A DNA stretch of 64,000 nt from Bacillus subtilis subsp. subtilis str. 168 (GCF_000009045.1 NC_000964.3:1488001-1552000); one strand, 5' to 3'; shown: positions 20,334 through 30,332, counted from the stretch's first letter. Translations and numbers: made by a program. The notes: generated by a model from the sequence alone, not told the origin.

Positions 20334-21241
20334 TTTACACTGTAACACTTAATCCATCTGTCGATTATATAGTTCACGTTGAAGATTTTACTGTAGGAGG
20401 CCTGAACCGTTCTTCGTATGATACCAAGTATCCAGGGGGCAAAGGCATCAACGTATCGAGACTGCTGAAAAGACACCATGTGGCGTCTAAAGCGCTCGGA
20501 TTCGTCGGCGGATTTACCGGAGAATATATCAAAACATTTTTACGGGAAGAAAACCTGGAAACAGCTTTTTCTGAAGTAAAAGGGGATACCCGTATCAATG
20601 TAAAGCTGAAAACGGGTGATGAAACTGAAATTAACGGGCAGGGACCGACAATTTCGGATGAAGATTTCAAAGCCTTTTTAGAACAGTTCCAATCTTTGCA
20701 AGAGGGAGATATCGTTGTTCTTGCAGGAAGCATTCCATCTTCACTCCCTCACGATACTTATGAAAAAATCGCAGAGGCCTGCAAACAGCAGAACGCACGA
20801 GTTGTTCTGGATATCTCAGGCGAGGCTCTTTTGAAAGCAACAGAAATGAAACCATTTTTGATGAAGCCAAATCATCATGAGCTTGGAGAAATGTTCGGCA
20901 CGGCCATTACATCTGTTGAGGAAGCCGTTCCTTATGGGAAAAAGCTTGTAGAACAAGGCGCTGAACATGTAATCGTATCAATGGCCGGAGACGGAGCGCT
21001 TCTGTTTACGAACGAAGCTGTTTATTTTGCTAACGTGCCAAAGGGGAAATTGGTAAACTCAGTCGGAGCAGGGGATTCCGTTGTTGCAGGTTTCCTTGCC
21101 GGAATTTCCAAACAGCTGCCGCTTGAAGAAGCATTCCGCTTAGGAGTTACTTCAGGCAGTGCTACCGCGTTCTCTGAAGAACTTGGAACAGAAGAATTTG
21201 TCCAGCAGCTTCTTCCTGAAGTTAAGGTCACACGTCTATAG
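20330..21241 (+). CDS. fruK: 1-phosphofructokinase
   Basis: TLNPSVD, GGKGINV, KPN and SVGAGDS motifs. Confidence 0.95.
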   Translation: MIYTVTLNPSVDYIVHVEDFTVGGLNRSSYDTKYPGGKGINVSRLLKRHHVASKALGFVGGFTGEYIKTFLREENLETAFSEVKGDTRINVKLKTGDETEINGQGPTISDEDFKAFLEQFQSLQEGDIVVLAGSIPSSLPHDTYEKIAEACKQQNARVVLDISGEALLKATEMKPFLMKPNHHELGEMFGTAITSVEEAVPYGKKLVEQGAEHVIVSMAGDGALLFTNEAVYFANVPKGKLVNSVGAGDSVVAGFLAGISKQLPLEEAFRLGVTSGSATAFSEELGTEEFVQQLLPEVKVTRL

Positions 21242-21255
21242 AGGAGGAAACACAA

Positions 21256-23163
21256 GTGAAAATAACTGAGCTTTTAACGAAGCATACGATAAAGCTTAAT
21301 ATTGAGAGCAAAGAAAAAGAAAATGTTATTGACGAAATGGTCACTGTTCTTGATAAGGCTGGAAAGTTAAATGACCGACAAGCCTATAAAGAAGCCATTT
21401 TAAATCGCGAAAGCCAAAGCTCCACGGGTATCGGTGAAGGAATCGCTATCCCCCATGCGAAAACGGCAAGCGTTATCAACCCGGCGATCGCGTTCGGACG
21501 TTCAAAAGACGGCGTCGATTATGAATCATTAGACGGCCAGCCGGCTCACTTAGTGTTCATGATCGCGGCGACTGAAGGCGCAAACAACACTCACCTTGAA
21601 GCATTGTCAAGACTTTCAACGCTGTTAATGCGTGAAGAAATCCGTAAGCAGCTCCTTGAAGCTGAGTCTGAAGATGCCATCATCGACATTATTAATCAGC
21701 ACGATAAAGATGATGACGAAGAGGAAGAGGAAGAAGAAGCGGCACCAGCACCTGCCGGAAAAGGGAAAATTTTAGCGGTTACTGCATGCCCGACAGGTAT
21801 TGCCCATACATTCATGGCTGCGGATGCCCTTAAAGAAAAAGCGAAAGAGCTTGGTGTGGAAATTAAGGTCGAAACAAATGGGTCAAGCGGCATTAAGCAC
21901 AAGCTCACTGCCCAAGAAATCGAAGATGCACCTGCAATCATTGTCGCAGCGGACAAGCAGGTTGAAATGGAACGTTTTAAAGGCAAGCGCGTACTTCAAG
22001 TTCCTGTAACGGCGGGTATCAGACGTCCGCAAGAGCTTATCGAAAAAGCGATGAATCAAGATGCGCCGATTTATCAAGGCAGCGGCGGCGGTTCAGCAGC
22101 TTCAAATGATGATGAAGAAGCGAAAGGCAAGTCTGGAAGCGGTATCGGAAACACGTTTTATAAGCACCTGATGAGCGGTGTCAGCAACATGCTTCCGTTC
22201 GTAGTCGGCGGCGGTATTCTCGTTGCGATTTCATTCTTCTGGGGAATTCACTCTGCTGATCCGAATGATCCTAGCTACAACACGTTTGCAGCAGCATTAA
22301 ACTTTATCGGCGGCGACAATGCATTAAAACTCATTGTTGCAGTTCTGGCCGGTTTCATTGCGATGAGTATTGCAGATCGTCCTGGTTTTGCGCCTGGTAT
22401 GGTCGGCGGATTTATGGCAACTCAAGCGAATGCTGGATTCTTAGGCGGCTTAATTGCCGGATTCCTTGCCGGTTATGTCGTGATTTTACTGAAAAAAGTA
22501 TTTACGTTTATCCCTCAGTCACTTGATGGATTAAAACCTGTTTTGATTTACCCGCTGTTCGGTATTTTTATCACTGGCGTATTAATGCAATTTGTCGTCA
22601 ATACACCTGTAGCGGCATTTATGAATTTCTTAACAAACTGGCTTGAAAGCCTTGGTACTGGAAACCTTGTGTTAATGGGTATTATCTTGGGCGGCATGAT
22701 GGCGATCGATATGGGCGGTCCGCTTAATAAAGCAGCCTTTACGTTCGGTATCGCCATGATCGATGCAGGCAACTATGCGCCTCATGCAGCAATCATGGCC
22801 GGCGGTATGGTTCCTCCGCTTGGTATCGCACTTGCAACAACCATTTTCAGAAACAAATTCACTCAGCGTGACCGTGAAGCTGGTATTACATGCTATTTCA
22901 TGGGAGCTGCTTTCGTAACAGAGGGAGCGATCCCATTTGCTGCGGCTGATCCGCTTCGCGTCATACCAGCTGCTGTAGTCGGTGCAGCTGTTGCCGGCGG
23001 ATTAACTGAATTCTTCCGAGTAACGCTTCCGGCGCCTCATGGAGGAGTATTCGTAGCTTTCATTACAAACCATCCGATGCTTTACCTTTTAAGTATCGTG
23101 ATCGGTGCTGTCGTGATGGCAATTATCCTCGGTATCGTCAAAAAACCTGTTACAGAAAAATAA
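21256..23163 (+). CDS. fruA: PTS fructose-specific EIIABC
   Basis: EIIA GIAIPH, EIIB ACPTGIAHT, EIIC DMGGPLNK; GTG start. Confidence 0.96.
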   Translation: MKITELLTKHTIKLNIESKEKENVIDEMVTVLDKAGKLNDRQAYKEAILNRESQSSTGIGEGIAIPHAKTASVINPAIAFGRSKDGVDYESLDGQPAHLVFMIAATEGANNTHLEALSRLSTLLMREEIRKQLLEAESEDAIIDIINQHDKDDDEEEEEEEAAPAPAGKGKILAVTACPTGIAHTFMAADALKEKAKELGVEIKVETNGSSGIKHKLTAQEIEDAPAIIVAADKQVEMERFKGKRVLQVPVTAGIRRPQELIEKAMNQDAPIYQGSGGGSAASNDDEEAKGKSGSGIGNTFYKHLMSGVSNMLPFVVGGGILVAISFFWGIHSADPNDPSYNTFAAALNFIGGDNALKLIVAVLAGFIAMSIADRPGFAPGMVGGFMATQANAGFLGGLIAGFLAGYVVILLKKVFTFIPQSLDGLKPVLIYPLFGIFITGVLMQFVVNTPVAAFMNFLTNWLESLGTGNLVLMGIILGGMMAIDMGGPLNKAAFTFGIAMIDAGNYAPHAAIMAGGMVPPLGIALATTIFRNKFTQRDREAGITCYFMGAAFVTEGAIPFAAADPLRVIPAAVVGAAVAGGLTEFFRVTLPAPHGGVFVAFITNHPMLYLLSIVIGAVVMAIILGIVKKPVTEK

Positions 23164-23164
23164 G

Positions 23165-23199
23165 AAAAAAAGCGTCCTTGGTTCGAAAGGACGCTTTTT
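23165..23199 (+). terminator. Terminator after fruA
   Basis: AAAAAGCGTCCTT/AAGGACGCTTTTT. Confidence 0.85.
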
Positions 23200-23307
23200 C
23201 TTATCCGGCCGGCAGGGAGCGCGGTTAAGTTATGTATTTTATTCTTTTTTATGATAAAGTAAAAGAAGAGAAACAACTGACATAGCAATTGTCTAGGAGG
23301 AAACACT

Positions 23308-23889
23308 TTGACCGAGGAAAAAAATACGAATACTGAGAAAACGGCGAAGAAAAAAACCAATACGTACCTGGAATGGGGTAAAGCGATTGTCATCGCTGTT
23401 CTGCTGGCTCTCCTGATCCGTCACTTTTTGTTTGAACCGTATTTAGTTGAAGGTTCATCTATGTATCCCACATTACATGACGGAGAAAGGCTGTTTGTGA
23501 ATAAAACAGTCAACTATATCGGCGAGCTGAAGCGCGGAGATATCGTTATTATCAACGGTGAAACTTCTAAAATCCATTATGTAAAAAGATTGATCGGAAA
23601 GCCTGGAGAAACCGTTCAAATGAAGGATGACACGCTTTATATAAACGGTAAAAAAGTAGCCGAGCCTTACTTGTCTAAAAACAAGAAGGAAGCAGAAAAA
23701 CTTGGTGTCAGTCTGACAGGAGACTTTGGACCGGTTAAGGTTCCGAAAGGCAAATACTTTGTCATGGGAGATAACCGGCTGAATTCTATGGACAGCCGAA
23801 ACGGGCTGGGACTGATCGCGGAAGATCGAATTGTCGGCACATCGAAGTTTGTCTTTTTCCCGTTTAACGAAATGCGTCAAACAAAATAA
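23308..23889 (+). CDS. sipT: Type I signal peptidase
   Basis: Catalytic GSSMYPTL Ser and YVKRLIG Lys, GDNRLNSMDSR. Confidence 0.95.
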   Translation: MTEEKNTNTEKTAKKKTNTYLEWGKAIVIAVLLALLIRHFLFEPYLVEGSSMYPTLHDGERLFVNKTVNYIGELKRGDIVIINGETSKIHYVKRLIGKPGETVQMKDDTLYINGKKVAEPYLSKNKKEAEKLGVSLTGDFGPVKVPKGKYFVMGDNRLNSMDSRNGLGLIAEDRIVGTSKFVFFPFNEMRQTK

Positions 23890-23924
23890 AAACGCCTTGC
23901 TGGCCTAGGACAGCAGGCGTTTTT
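23888..23924. terminator. Bidirectional terminator between sipT and ykoA
   Basis: AAAACGCC...GGCGTTTT stem. Confidence 0.75.
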
Positions 23925-24192
23925 ATTTTGAAAAAGAAGCGACCAATGCAATGCATAAAACCGTGATGAACACTGAACCGATAATAGCCAGCACACTGAA
24001 GAAAAGGTGAACCTGTTTGTTCTCTTTTCCGCGCTTTTCTAATAGCCGTTTAGAAAAAATGTGCGAAAATATGTAAATAAGGGCTATGCCTATATATAAG
24101 CCGATATCTTTGGCGGTAAAGCCTGTTACGGCAAGGTAAAAGCCCGTAAAAAAGATCAGTAAGCAATATTCAGTAAGTGTTAAAAGCCTCAA
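23923..24192 (-). CDS. ykoA: Small membrane protein (89 aa)
   Basis: SD GGAGGAA before TTG at 24192; three hydrophobic segments. Confidence 0.8.
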   Translation of the reverse strand: MRLLTLTEYCLLIFFTGFYLAVTGFTAKDIGLYIGIALIYIFSHIFSKRLLEKRGKENKQVHLFFSVLAIIGSVFITVLCIALVASFSK

Positions 24193-24372
24193 CGTGTTCC
24201 TCCATGAGAGTGTGTAATTTTCCAGGCGGATGCATTCTCTCTCTTTAATTGTAACACAGCTGGCTGGTTTGGGTGTATAAGTGTTTTCTCTCTGTTTTAT
24301 CAGGGAATCATTTCTCTTGCCCTGCATTCATGGTATACTTTTATTGATGATAGACATGATGGAGGATAATAA

Positions 24373-25995
24373 ATGATTGCTGTAAATAATGTAAGCTTGC
24401 GGTTTGCGGATCGCAAGTTATTTGAAGATGTTAATATTAAATTTACCCCAGGCAACTGCTATGGGTTAATTGGTGCAAACGGTGCCGGTAAATCAACGTT
24501 TCTAAAGGTGCTGTCAGGCGAAATCGAGCCTCAGACAGGCGACGTGCATATGAGTCCTGGCGAGCGTCTTGCCGTCTTGAAGCAGAACCATTTTGAGTAC
24601 GAAGAGTATGAAGTGCTGAAAGTGGTCATTATGGGCCACAAACGCCTGTATGAAGTCATGCAGGAGAAAGACGCTATTTACATGAAGCCTGATTTCTCAG
24701 ATGAGGATGGGATTCGTGCTGCTGAGCTAGAAGGTGAATTCGCGGAACTGAACGGTTGGGAAGCGGAAAGTGAAGCTGCGATCCTGTTAAAAGGCCTTGG
24801 TATCTCAGAAGATCTGCACACAAAAAAGATGGCAGACCTCGGCGGTTCGGAGAAGGTAAAAGTTCTCTTGGCACAGGCATTATTCGGCAAGCCGGATGTT
24901 CTGCTGCTCGATGAGCCGACGAACCACCTGGACCTTCAGGCAATTCAGTGGCTTGAAGAGTTTCTGATTAACTTTGAAAACACAGTTATTGTCGTATCCC
25001 ATGACCGTCACTTTTTAAATAAAGTATGTACGCACATTGCCGACCTTGATTTTAACAAAATTCAAATCTATGTCGGAAACTATGATTTCTGGTACGAGTC
25101 AAGCCAGCTGGCGTTAAAGCTTTCTCAAGAAGCGAACAAGAAAAAAGAAGAGCAGATTAAACAGCTTCAAGAGTTTGTCGCTAGATTCAGCGCCAATGCG
25201 TCTAAATCTAAGCAGGCTACATCAAGAAAGAAACTTCTCGAAAAAATCACGCTGGATGATATTAAACCGTCTTCCCGCCGCTATCCTTATGTTAACTTCA
25301 CGCCGGAACGGGAAATCGGAAATGATGTTCTTCGCGTGGAAGGCTTAACAAAAACAATCGATGGCGTAAAGGTGCTTGACAATGTCAGCTTTATTATGAA
25401 TCGAGAAGATAAAATTGCTTTCACTGGCCGAAATGAACTTGCTGTTACTACGCTGTTTAAAATCATTTCCGGGGAAATGGAAGCTGACAGCGGAACGTTT
25501 AAATGGGGTGTTACCACATCTCAAGCGTATTTTCCAAAAGACAACAGCGAATATTTCGAAGGCAGTGATCTGAACCTTGTAGACTGGCTTCGCCAATATT
25601 CTCCGCACGACCAAAGTGAGAGCTTTTTACGCGGTTTCTTAGGACGCATGCTGTTCTCTGGAGAAGAAGTCCACAAAAAAGCAAATGTACTTTCCGGGGG
25701 AGAAAAGGTCCGCTGTATGCTGTCGAAAGCGATGCTTTCTGGCGCCAATATTTTAATTTTGGATGAGCCGACCAACCATTTAGACCTAGAGTCCATTACA
25801 GCGCTCAATAACGGCTTAATCAGCTTTAAAGGCGCTATGCTGTTTACTTCCCATGACCATCAGTTTGTGCAGACCATTGCCAACAGAATTATAGAAATTA
25901 CACCTAACGGCATCGTCGATAAGCAAATGAGCTATGACGAGTTCCTTGAAAATGCTGATGTGCAGAAAAAATTGACTGAACTATACGCCGAATAA
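24373..25995 (+). CDS. ykpA: ABC-F family ribosome-associated ATPase
   Basis: Two NBDs (GANGAGKS/LLDEPTNHLD and LSGGE/LDEPTNHLD), helical linker, no TM segment. Confidence 0.92.
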   Translation: MIAVNNVSLRFADRKLFEDVNIKFTPGNCYGLIGANGAGKSTFLKVLSGEIEPQTGDVHMSPGERLAVLKQNHFEYEEYEVLKVVIMGHKRLYEVMQEKDAIYMKPDFSDEDGIRAAELEGEFAELNGWEAESEAAILLKGLGISEDLHTKKMADLGGSEKVKVLLAQALFGKPDVLLLDEPTNHLDLQAIQWLEEFLINFENTVIVVSHDRHFLNKVCTHIADLDFNKIQIYVGNYDFWYESSQLALKLSQEANKKKEEQIKQLQEFVARFSANASKSKQATSRKKLLEKITLDDIKPSSRRYPYVNFTPEREIGNDVLRVEGLTKTIDGVKVLDNVSFIMNREDKIAFTGRNELAVTTLFKIISGEMEADSGTFKWGVTTSQAYFPKDNSEYFEGSDLNLVDWLRQYSPHDQSESFLRGFLGRMLFSGEEVHKKANVLSGGEKVRCMLSKAMLSGANILILDEPTNHLDLESITALNNGLISFKGAMLFTSHDHQFVQTIANRIIEITPNGIVDKQMSYDEFLENADVQKKLTELYAE

Positions 25996-26022
25996 AAAAG
26001 CAGAGATTTCTCTGCTTTTTTT
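25994..26022 (+). terminator. Terminator after ykpA
   Basis: AAAAAGCAGAGA/TCTCTGCTTTTT. Confidence 0.85.
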
Positions 26023-26051
26023 GATACCTAAATGTGAAAGGAGATCACAAC

Positions 26052-26963
26052 ATGAAATTTTTGGTTGTCGGAGCAGGTGGAGTAGGCGGGTATATTGGCG
26101 GACGGCTTTCGGAGAAAGGAAATGATGTGACATTTCTCGTGCGCCAAAAACGAGCTGAGCAGCTTAAAAAAACCGGGCTTGTCATCCATAGTGAAAAAGG
26201 GAATGTATCATTTCAGCCCGAACTAATCAGTGCCGGAGAAACAGGGCAATTTGATGTCGTTATCATTGCTTCTAAAGCATACTCGCTTGGTCAAGTGATA
26301 GAGGATGTCAAACCATTTATCCATCAAGAATCTGTCATTATCCCTTTTTTAAATGGGTACCGCCACTATGAGCAGCTATTTGCGGCATTTTCAAAAGAAC
26401 AGGTGCTGGGCGGCCTGTGTTTTATAGAAAGTGCTTTAGACAACAAAGGAGAAATTCATCATACGAGCGCATCGCATCGTTTTGTATTTGGAGAATGGAA
26501 CGGCGAGCGTACGGAGCGGATAAGAGCGCTTGAAGAGGCATTTTCAGGTGTGAAGGCTGAAGTCATCATTAGCGGGCATATCGAGAAGGACATTTGGAAA
26601 AAGTATCTCTTTATTGCAGCGCAAGCGGGGATCACAACGTTATTTCAACGACCGCTTGGCCCAATCCTCGCCACAGAAGCCGGACGTCACACGGCCCAAA
26701 CTCTTATTGGGGAAATTTGCACTGTTTTACGAAAAGAAGGTGTTCCGGCTGATCCGGCTCTTGAGGAAGAGAGCTTTCGTACGATGACCAGCATGTCTTA
26801 CCATATGAAGTCCTCCATGCTTCGGGATATGGAAAACGGCCAAACGACAGAAGGCGACCACCTGCATGGATTTTTGATTGAAAAAGCAAAACGTTTATCT
26901 CTCGCTGCACCAGTATTAGAAACCGTTTATGCGAATCTGCAAATGTATGAAGCAGAAAAATAA
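26052..26963 (+). CDS. ykpB: Ketopantoate reductase-like oxidoreductase
   Basis: GAGGVGG Rossmann motif, WKKY, SSMLRDM and TEGD; SD AAAGGAG. Confidence 0.88.
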   Translation: MKFLVVGAGGVGGYIGGRLSEKGNDVTFLVRQKRAEQLKKTGLVIHSEKGNVSFQPELISAGETGQFDVVIIASKAYSLGQVIEDVKPFIHQESVIIPFLNGYRHYEQLFAAFSKEQVLGGLCFIESALDNKGEIHHTSASHRFVFGEWNGERTERIRALEEAFSGVKAEVIISGHIEKDIWKKYLFIAAQAGITTLFQRPLGPILATEAGRHTAQTLIGEICTVLRKEGVPADPALEEESFRTMTSMSYHMKSSMLRDMENGQTTEGDHLHGFLIEKAKRLSLAAPVLETVYANLQMYEAEK

Positions 26964-26990
26964 AAAAAGGAGGCGGAAAAGCCTCCTTTT
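26962..26990. terminator. Bidirectional terminator between ykpB and ampS
   Basis: AAAAGGAGGC/GCCTCCTTTT. Confidence 0.85.
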
Positions 26991-26996
26991 ATTTAC

Positions 26997-28229
26997 TTAA
27001 AAAGCCCAATTTCCGTTTCTGAAGATAGGCTCTCTTTTCCCGTCTGCCGTAATTCCGTCAATATTCATATCCTTAGAACCGATCATAAAGTCCACGTGTG
27101 TAATGCTTTCATTTAGGCCTTCTTTGACAAGCTCTTCACGAGACATCTGCTTTCCGCCTTCAATATTAAAGGCATAGGCGCTTCCGATCGCCAAATGATT
27201 TGACGCGTTTTCATCAAACAGCGTGTTATAGAAAAGAATGTTTGATTGTGATATAGGCGAATCGTAAGGAACAAGTGCCACTTCACCTAAATAGTGAGAA
27301 CCTTCATCTGTTTCCACCAGTTCTTTTAAAATATCCTCACCTTTTTCAGCTTTAATGTCGACTATACGGCCATTTTCAAACGTCAGGGTGAAATTTTCAA
27401 TAATATTTCCGCCGTAGCTTAATGGTTTTGTGCTTGATACCACTCCGTCAACCCCGTCTTTTTGCGGCAGCGTGAACACTTCTTCTGTCGGCATATTGGC
27501 CATAAACTCATGGCCACTTTCATTCACGCTTCCCGCACCTGCCCAAACATGCTTCCTAGGCAGCTTAATTGTTAGATCAGTTCCTTCTGCTTGATAATGT
27601 AAGGCAGCGTAATGTCTCTCGTTCAAATGGTCAACTTTTTCATGAAGATTTTGGTCATGATTGATCCACGCCTGAACCGGGTTGTCTTCATTTACGCGCG
27701 TCGCTTTAAAAATTTCTTCCCACAGAAGGTGGATCGCTTCCTCCTCTGATTTGCCAGGAAACACCTTGTGAGCCCAGCCTGCTGATGCCGCACCTACGAC
27801 AGTCCAGCTGACTTTGTCTGATTGAATATATTGTCTGTATGTATGTAATGCTTTGCCTGCTGCTTTTTGGAATGCCGCAATCCGTTTGGAATCTATACCT
27901 TTTAGCAAGTCTGGGTTCGACGACACAACAGAAATGAAAGCAGCTCCATTTTTGGCAAGCTCTTCTCTGCCTTTTGCTTCCCATTCAGGATATTCTTCAA
28001 ATGCTTCAAACGGCGCAAGTTCGTATTTTAATTTGGCGACTTCGTCATCCTGCCAATTCACGGTGACGTTTTTTGCGCCCTTTTCATATGCGTGTTTTAC
28101 AATTAAACGGACAAAATCCCGAACGTCTGTTGAAGCATTTACGACTACATACTGGCCTTTTTGGACATTAACGCCGACTTCTACCGCCAGCTGTGCATAT
28201 GTATTTAATTTCTGTGAAAATGAATCCAT
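26997..28229 (-). CDS. ampS: Aminopeptidase (M29)
   Basis: NMPTEEVFT, LGEVALV, FDENASNHLAIG and HVDFMIG motifs. Confidence 0.95.
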   Translation of the reverse strand: MDSFSQKLNTYAQLAVEVGVNVQKGQYVVVNASTDVRDFVRLIVKHAYEKGAKNVTVNWQDDEVAKLKYELAPFEAFEEYPEWEAKGREELAKNGAAFISVVSSNPDLLKGIDSKRIAAFQKAAGKALHTYRQYIQSDKVSWTVVGAASAGWAHKVFPGKSEEEAIHLLWEEIFKATRVNEDNPVQAWINHDQNLHEKVDHLNERHYAALHYQAEGTDLTIKLPRKHVWAGAGSVNESGHEFMANMPTEEVFTLPQKDGVDGVVSSTKPLSYGGNIIENFTLTFENGRIVDIKAEKGEDILKELVETDEGSHYLGEVALVPYDSPISQSNILFYNTLFDENASNHLAIGSAYAFNIEGGKQMSREELVKEGLNESITHVDFMIGSKDMNIDGITADGKREPIFRNGNWAF

Positions 28230-28301
28230 GAATCATTCCTCCAAGCTTTTTTCTCATCATATCAAATATGATCCTATAAAGGAAAGAAGGAGCCCAAAGT
28301 G

Positions 28302-28333
28302 AAAAACCCAAAACGACACGTCTTGGGTTTTTT
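28302..28333 (-). terminator. Terminator after ykpC
   Basis: AAAAACCCAA/TTGGGTTTTT. Confidence 0.7.
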
Positions 28334-28338
28334 CAATA

Positions 28339-28473
28339 TTATGGATGATTCAGTTTTACAGTGCCGCCTGCAGGCGAATGGGGCATATTTGCCAAAGAAA
28401 TGCTCATGCCTCCAAGAATAATTCCGCTTAAAATGGCTGCGATCGCTACTCTTCTTCCTAAATCTCTTAGCAT
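28339..28473 (-). CDS. ykpC: 44-aa signal-peptide-like small protein
   Basis: SD AAGGAGG; MLRDLGRRVAIAAILSGIILGGMSISLANMPHSPAGGTVKLNHP. Confidence 0.85.
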   Translation of the reverse strand: MLRDLGRRVAIAAILSGIILGGMSISLANMPHSPAGGTVKLNHP

Positions 28474-28573
28474 CTGTTTCCTCCTTAACGTTTCTCCATT
28501 TCCCACAATATGAAGGAAGTGAGGAAAAAAGAAGCAAGAAATTTGCCGCGTGTGAGAATTTTGCGGGTAAAGA

Positions 28574-29581
28574 CTATTTAATTGCCTTTTGCAGCTTATC
28601 AATCACTTCTAAAGAACGGCCTGTGCCGATTGCTACAGATTCAAGCGGGTTTTGCGCCACGTGTACAGGCACGACAATCTCTTCTGTGAGCCATTCTTTA
28701 ATTCCATTAAGGAGCGCGCCGCCGCCTGTTAAAATAACGCCGCGATCAACAATATCTCCGCTCAATTCAGGCGGACAGTCCTCAAGTGTCGCTCTGATGG
28801 CTTCAAGAATATGCAGGAGGGATTCACGCATTGCATCTTGAATTTCGTTGGATTGAAGCATAATGGTTTTTGGAAGACCTGTCACGAGGTCACGTCCCCG
28901 AATTTCCATTGCCTCTGGTATATGTTCAATCAGAGCATGGCCAATTTCCATTTTTACCTGCTCAGCTGTGCGTTCGCCGATCAGCAAATTGTATTTTTTA
29001 CGGACGAAAGAAACGATATCCTCATCAAGCTGGTCTCCGCCGATCCTGATAGAATGGCAGGAAACAACGCCACCGAAGGAAATAATAGCGACCTCTGTCG
29101 TCCCTCCGCCGATATCTACTACCACATTGGCAACCGGCTCATCAACCGGTAAATCCGCTCCGATGGCGGCTGCAACTGGCTCTTCGATTAAATGAACGTT
29201 TTTCGCGCCGCAATTTTTCACCGCATCACTGATGGCGCGGCGTTCTACTGCTGTTGAGCCTGATGGTGTGCAAACGACTACGTTCGGTTTTCTGAACGAC
29301 ATGCCGATGCTTTTTGCGGCTTTTTTCATAATGTGCTTTAGCAGGTCAGTTGTCATATCATAGTCTGCGATCACGCCATCTTTCATCGGTCTGACAGCGA
29401 CAATTTTTCCCGGTGTTTTACCGATCATGTTTTTCGCGTCAGCTCCGATTGCAAGCACTGCTTTTGTCGTCGTATCCACTGCGACAACAGATGGTTCATT
29501 TAGGATAATCCCTTTATTTTTGCTGTAAACAAGTATATTAGCTGTTCCTAAGTCAATCCCGATTTCAGTTGATTGAAACAT
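28574..29581 (-). CDS. mreBH: MreB-like cell shape protein
   Basis: [17 protein letters not shown] and LTGGGA actin-like motifs. Confidence 0.96.
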
Positions 29582-29630
29582 GTTTTCACCCAATCTCTAT
29601 CCTAATTTAATATGATTCTACATTTAAAGT

Positions 29631-29659
29631 TTCTCAGAAATACTGCGATTTTTGGGGGT
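29631..29659 (-). promoter_or_regulatory. SigI promoter of mreBH-ykpC
   Basis: Minus strand ACCCCC-N19-AGAA (SigI consensus ACCCCC-N19-CGAA). Confidence 0.7.
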
Positions 29660-29703
29660 GTGCGTCGGTAAAGAAATGTTTTTGTAAAAAATCAAGGAAC
29701 TGT

Positions 29704-29720
29704 GTAACAGAAGTAATACA
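29704..29720 (-). promoter_or_regulatory. WalR-box-like direct repeat upstream of mreBH
   Basis: Minus strand TGTATT-N5-TGTTAC versus consensus TGTWAH-N5-TGTWAH. Confidence 0.5.
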
Positions 29721-29767
29721 TTTTTCGGTTTTATGGAAAAAATATCTTGTAATTCTTATAGAAAGCG

Positions 29768-29796
29768 GGAAACTTTTTCAAAGTTTCATTCGTCTA
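29768..29796 (+). promoter_or_regulatory. ECF (SigM/SigX-type) promoter of abh
   Basis: GGAAAC, T-tract, 17-nt spacer, CGTCTA. Confidence 0.8.
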
Positions 29797-29864
29797 CGAT
29801 ATATTGAGGTACATCCTTAAAACATTACATGAGAAAAGAAACATTTAAAGGAAGAAGGGTTTTT

Positions 29865-30143
29865 ATGAAATCAATAGGTGTTGTGAGAAAAGTAGATGAA
29901 TTAGGCCGCATTGTCATGCCGATTGAGTTGAGACGGGCATTGGATATTGCCATAAAAGACAGCATTGAGTTTTTTGTTGACGGAGATAAAATTATCTTGA
30001 AAAAGTACAAACCTCATGGCGTTTGTTTAATGACTGGAGAAATCACTTCAGAAAATAAAGAATACGGCAACGGTAAAATTACGCTAAGCCCTGAGGGTGC
30101 ACAGCTGCTTCTCGAAGAAATTCAAGCCGCTTTAAAAGAATAA
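29865..30143 (+). CDS. abh: AbrB-family transition-state regulator
   Basis: MKSIGVVRKVDELGRIVMPIELRR. Confidence 0.96.
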   Translation: MKSIGVVRKVDELGRIVMPIELRRALDIAIKDSIEFFVDGDKIILKKYKPHGVCLMTGEITSENKEYGNGKITLSPEGAQLLLEEIQAALKE

Positions 30144-30152
30144 AATTATGCT

Positions 30153-30187
30153 AAAAAAGGCGGAGTGATATCATCTCCGCCTTTTTT
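30153..30187 (+). terminator. Terminator after abh
   Basis: AAAAAGGCGGAG/CTCCGCCTTTTT. Confidence 0.85.
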
Positions 30188-30282
30188 GCGTGCCAATTTT
30201 TGATTACCGCCGCCTAAGATAAGACATCAAGATATTTGGTAATGAATGATTTGGGATACTTTACATATTTTACTCAATTATT

Positions 30283-30301
30283 TGTCGAAGAATGGTACAA
30301 T
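30283..30301 (+). promoter_or_regulatory. kinC promoter: 0A box next to an extended -10
   Basis: TGTCGAA (30283-30289) and TGGTACAAT (30293-30301). Confidence 0.65.
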
Positions 30302-30332
30302 AAGTAGAGAAACACAAGCGGCAGGTGGTCAT

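Noticed and set aside
23923-24327. 134-aa version of ykoA, and other extended starts (yknW, abh, kinC, adeC, pdhC, speA, yktD)
   Set aside because: The extensions run through promoter regions, and SD sites point to the downstream starts.
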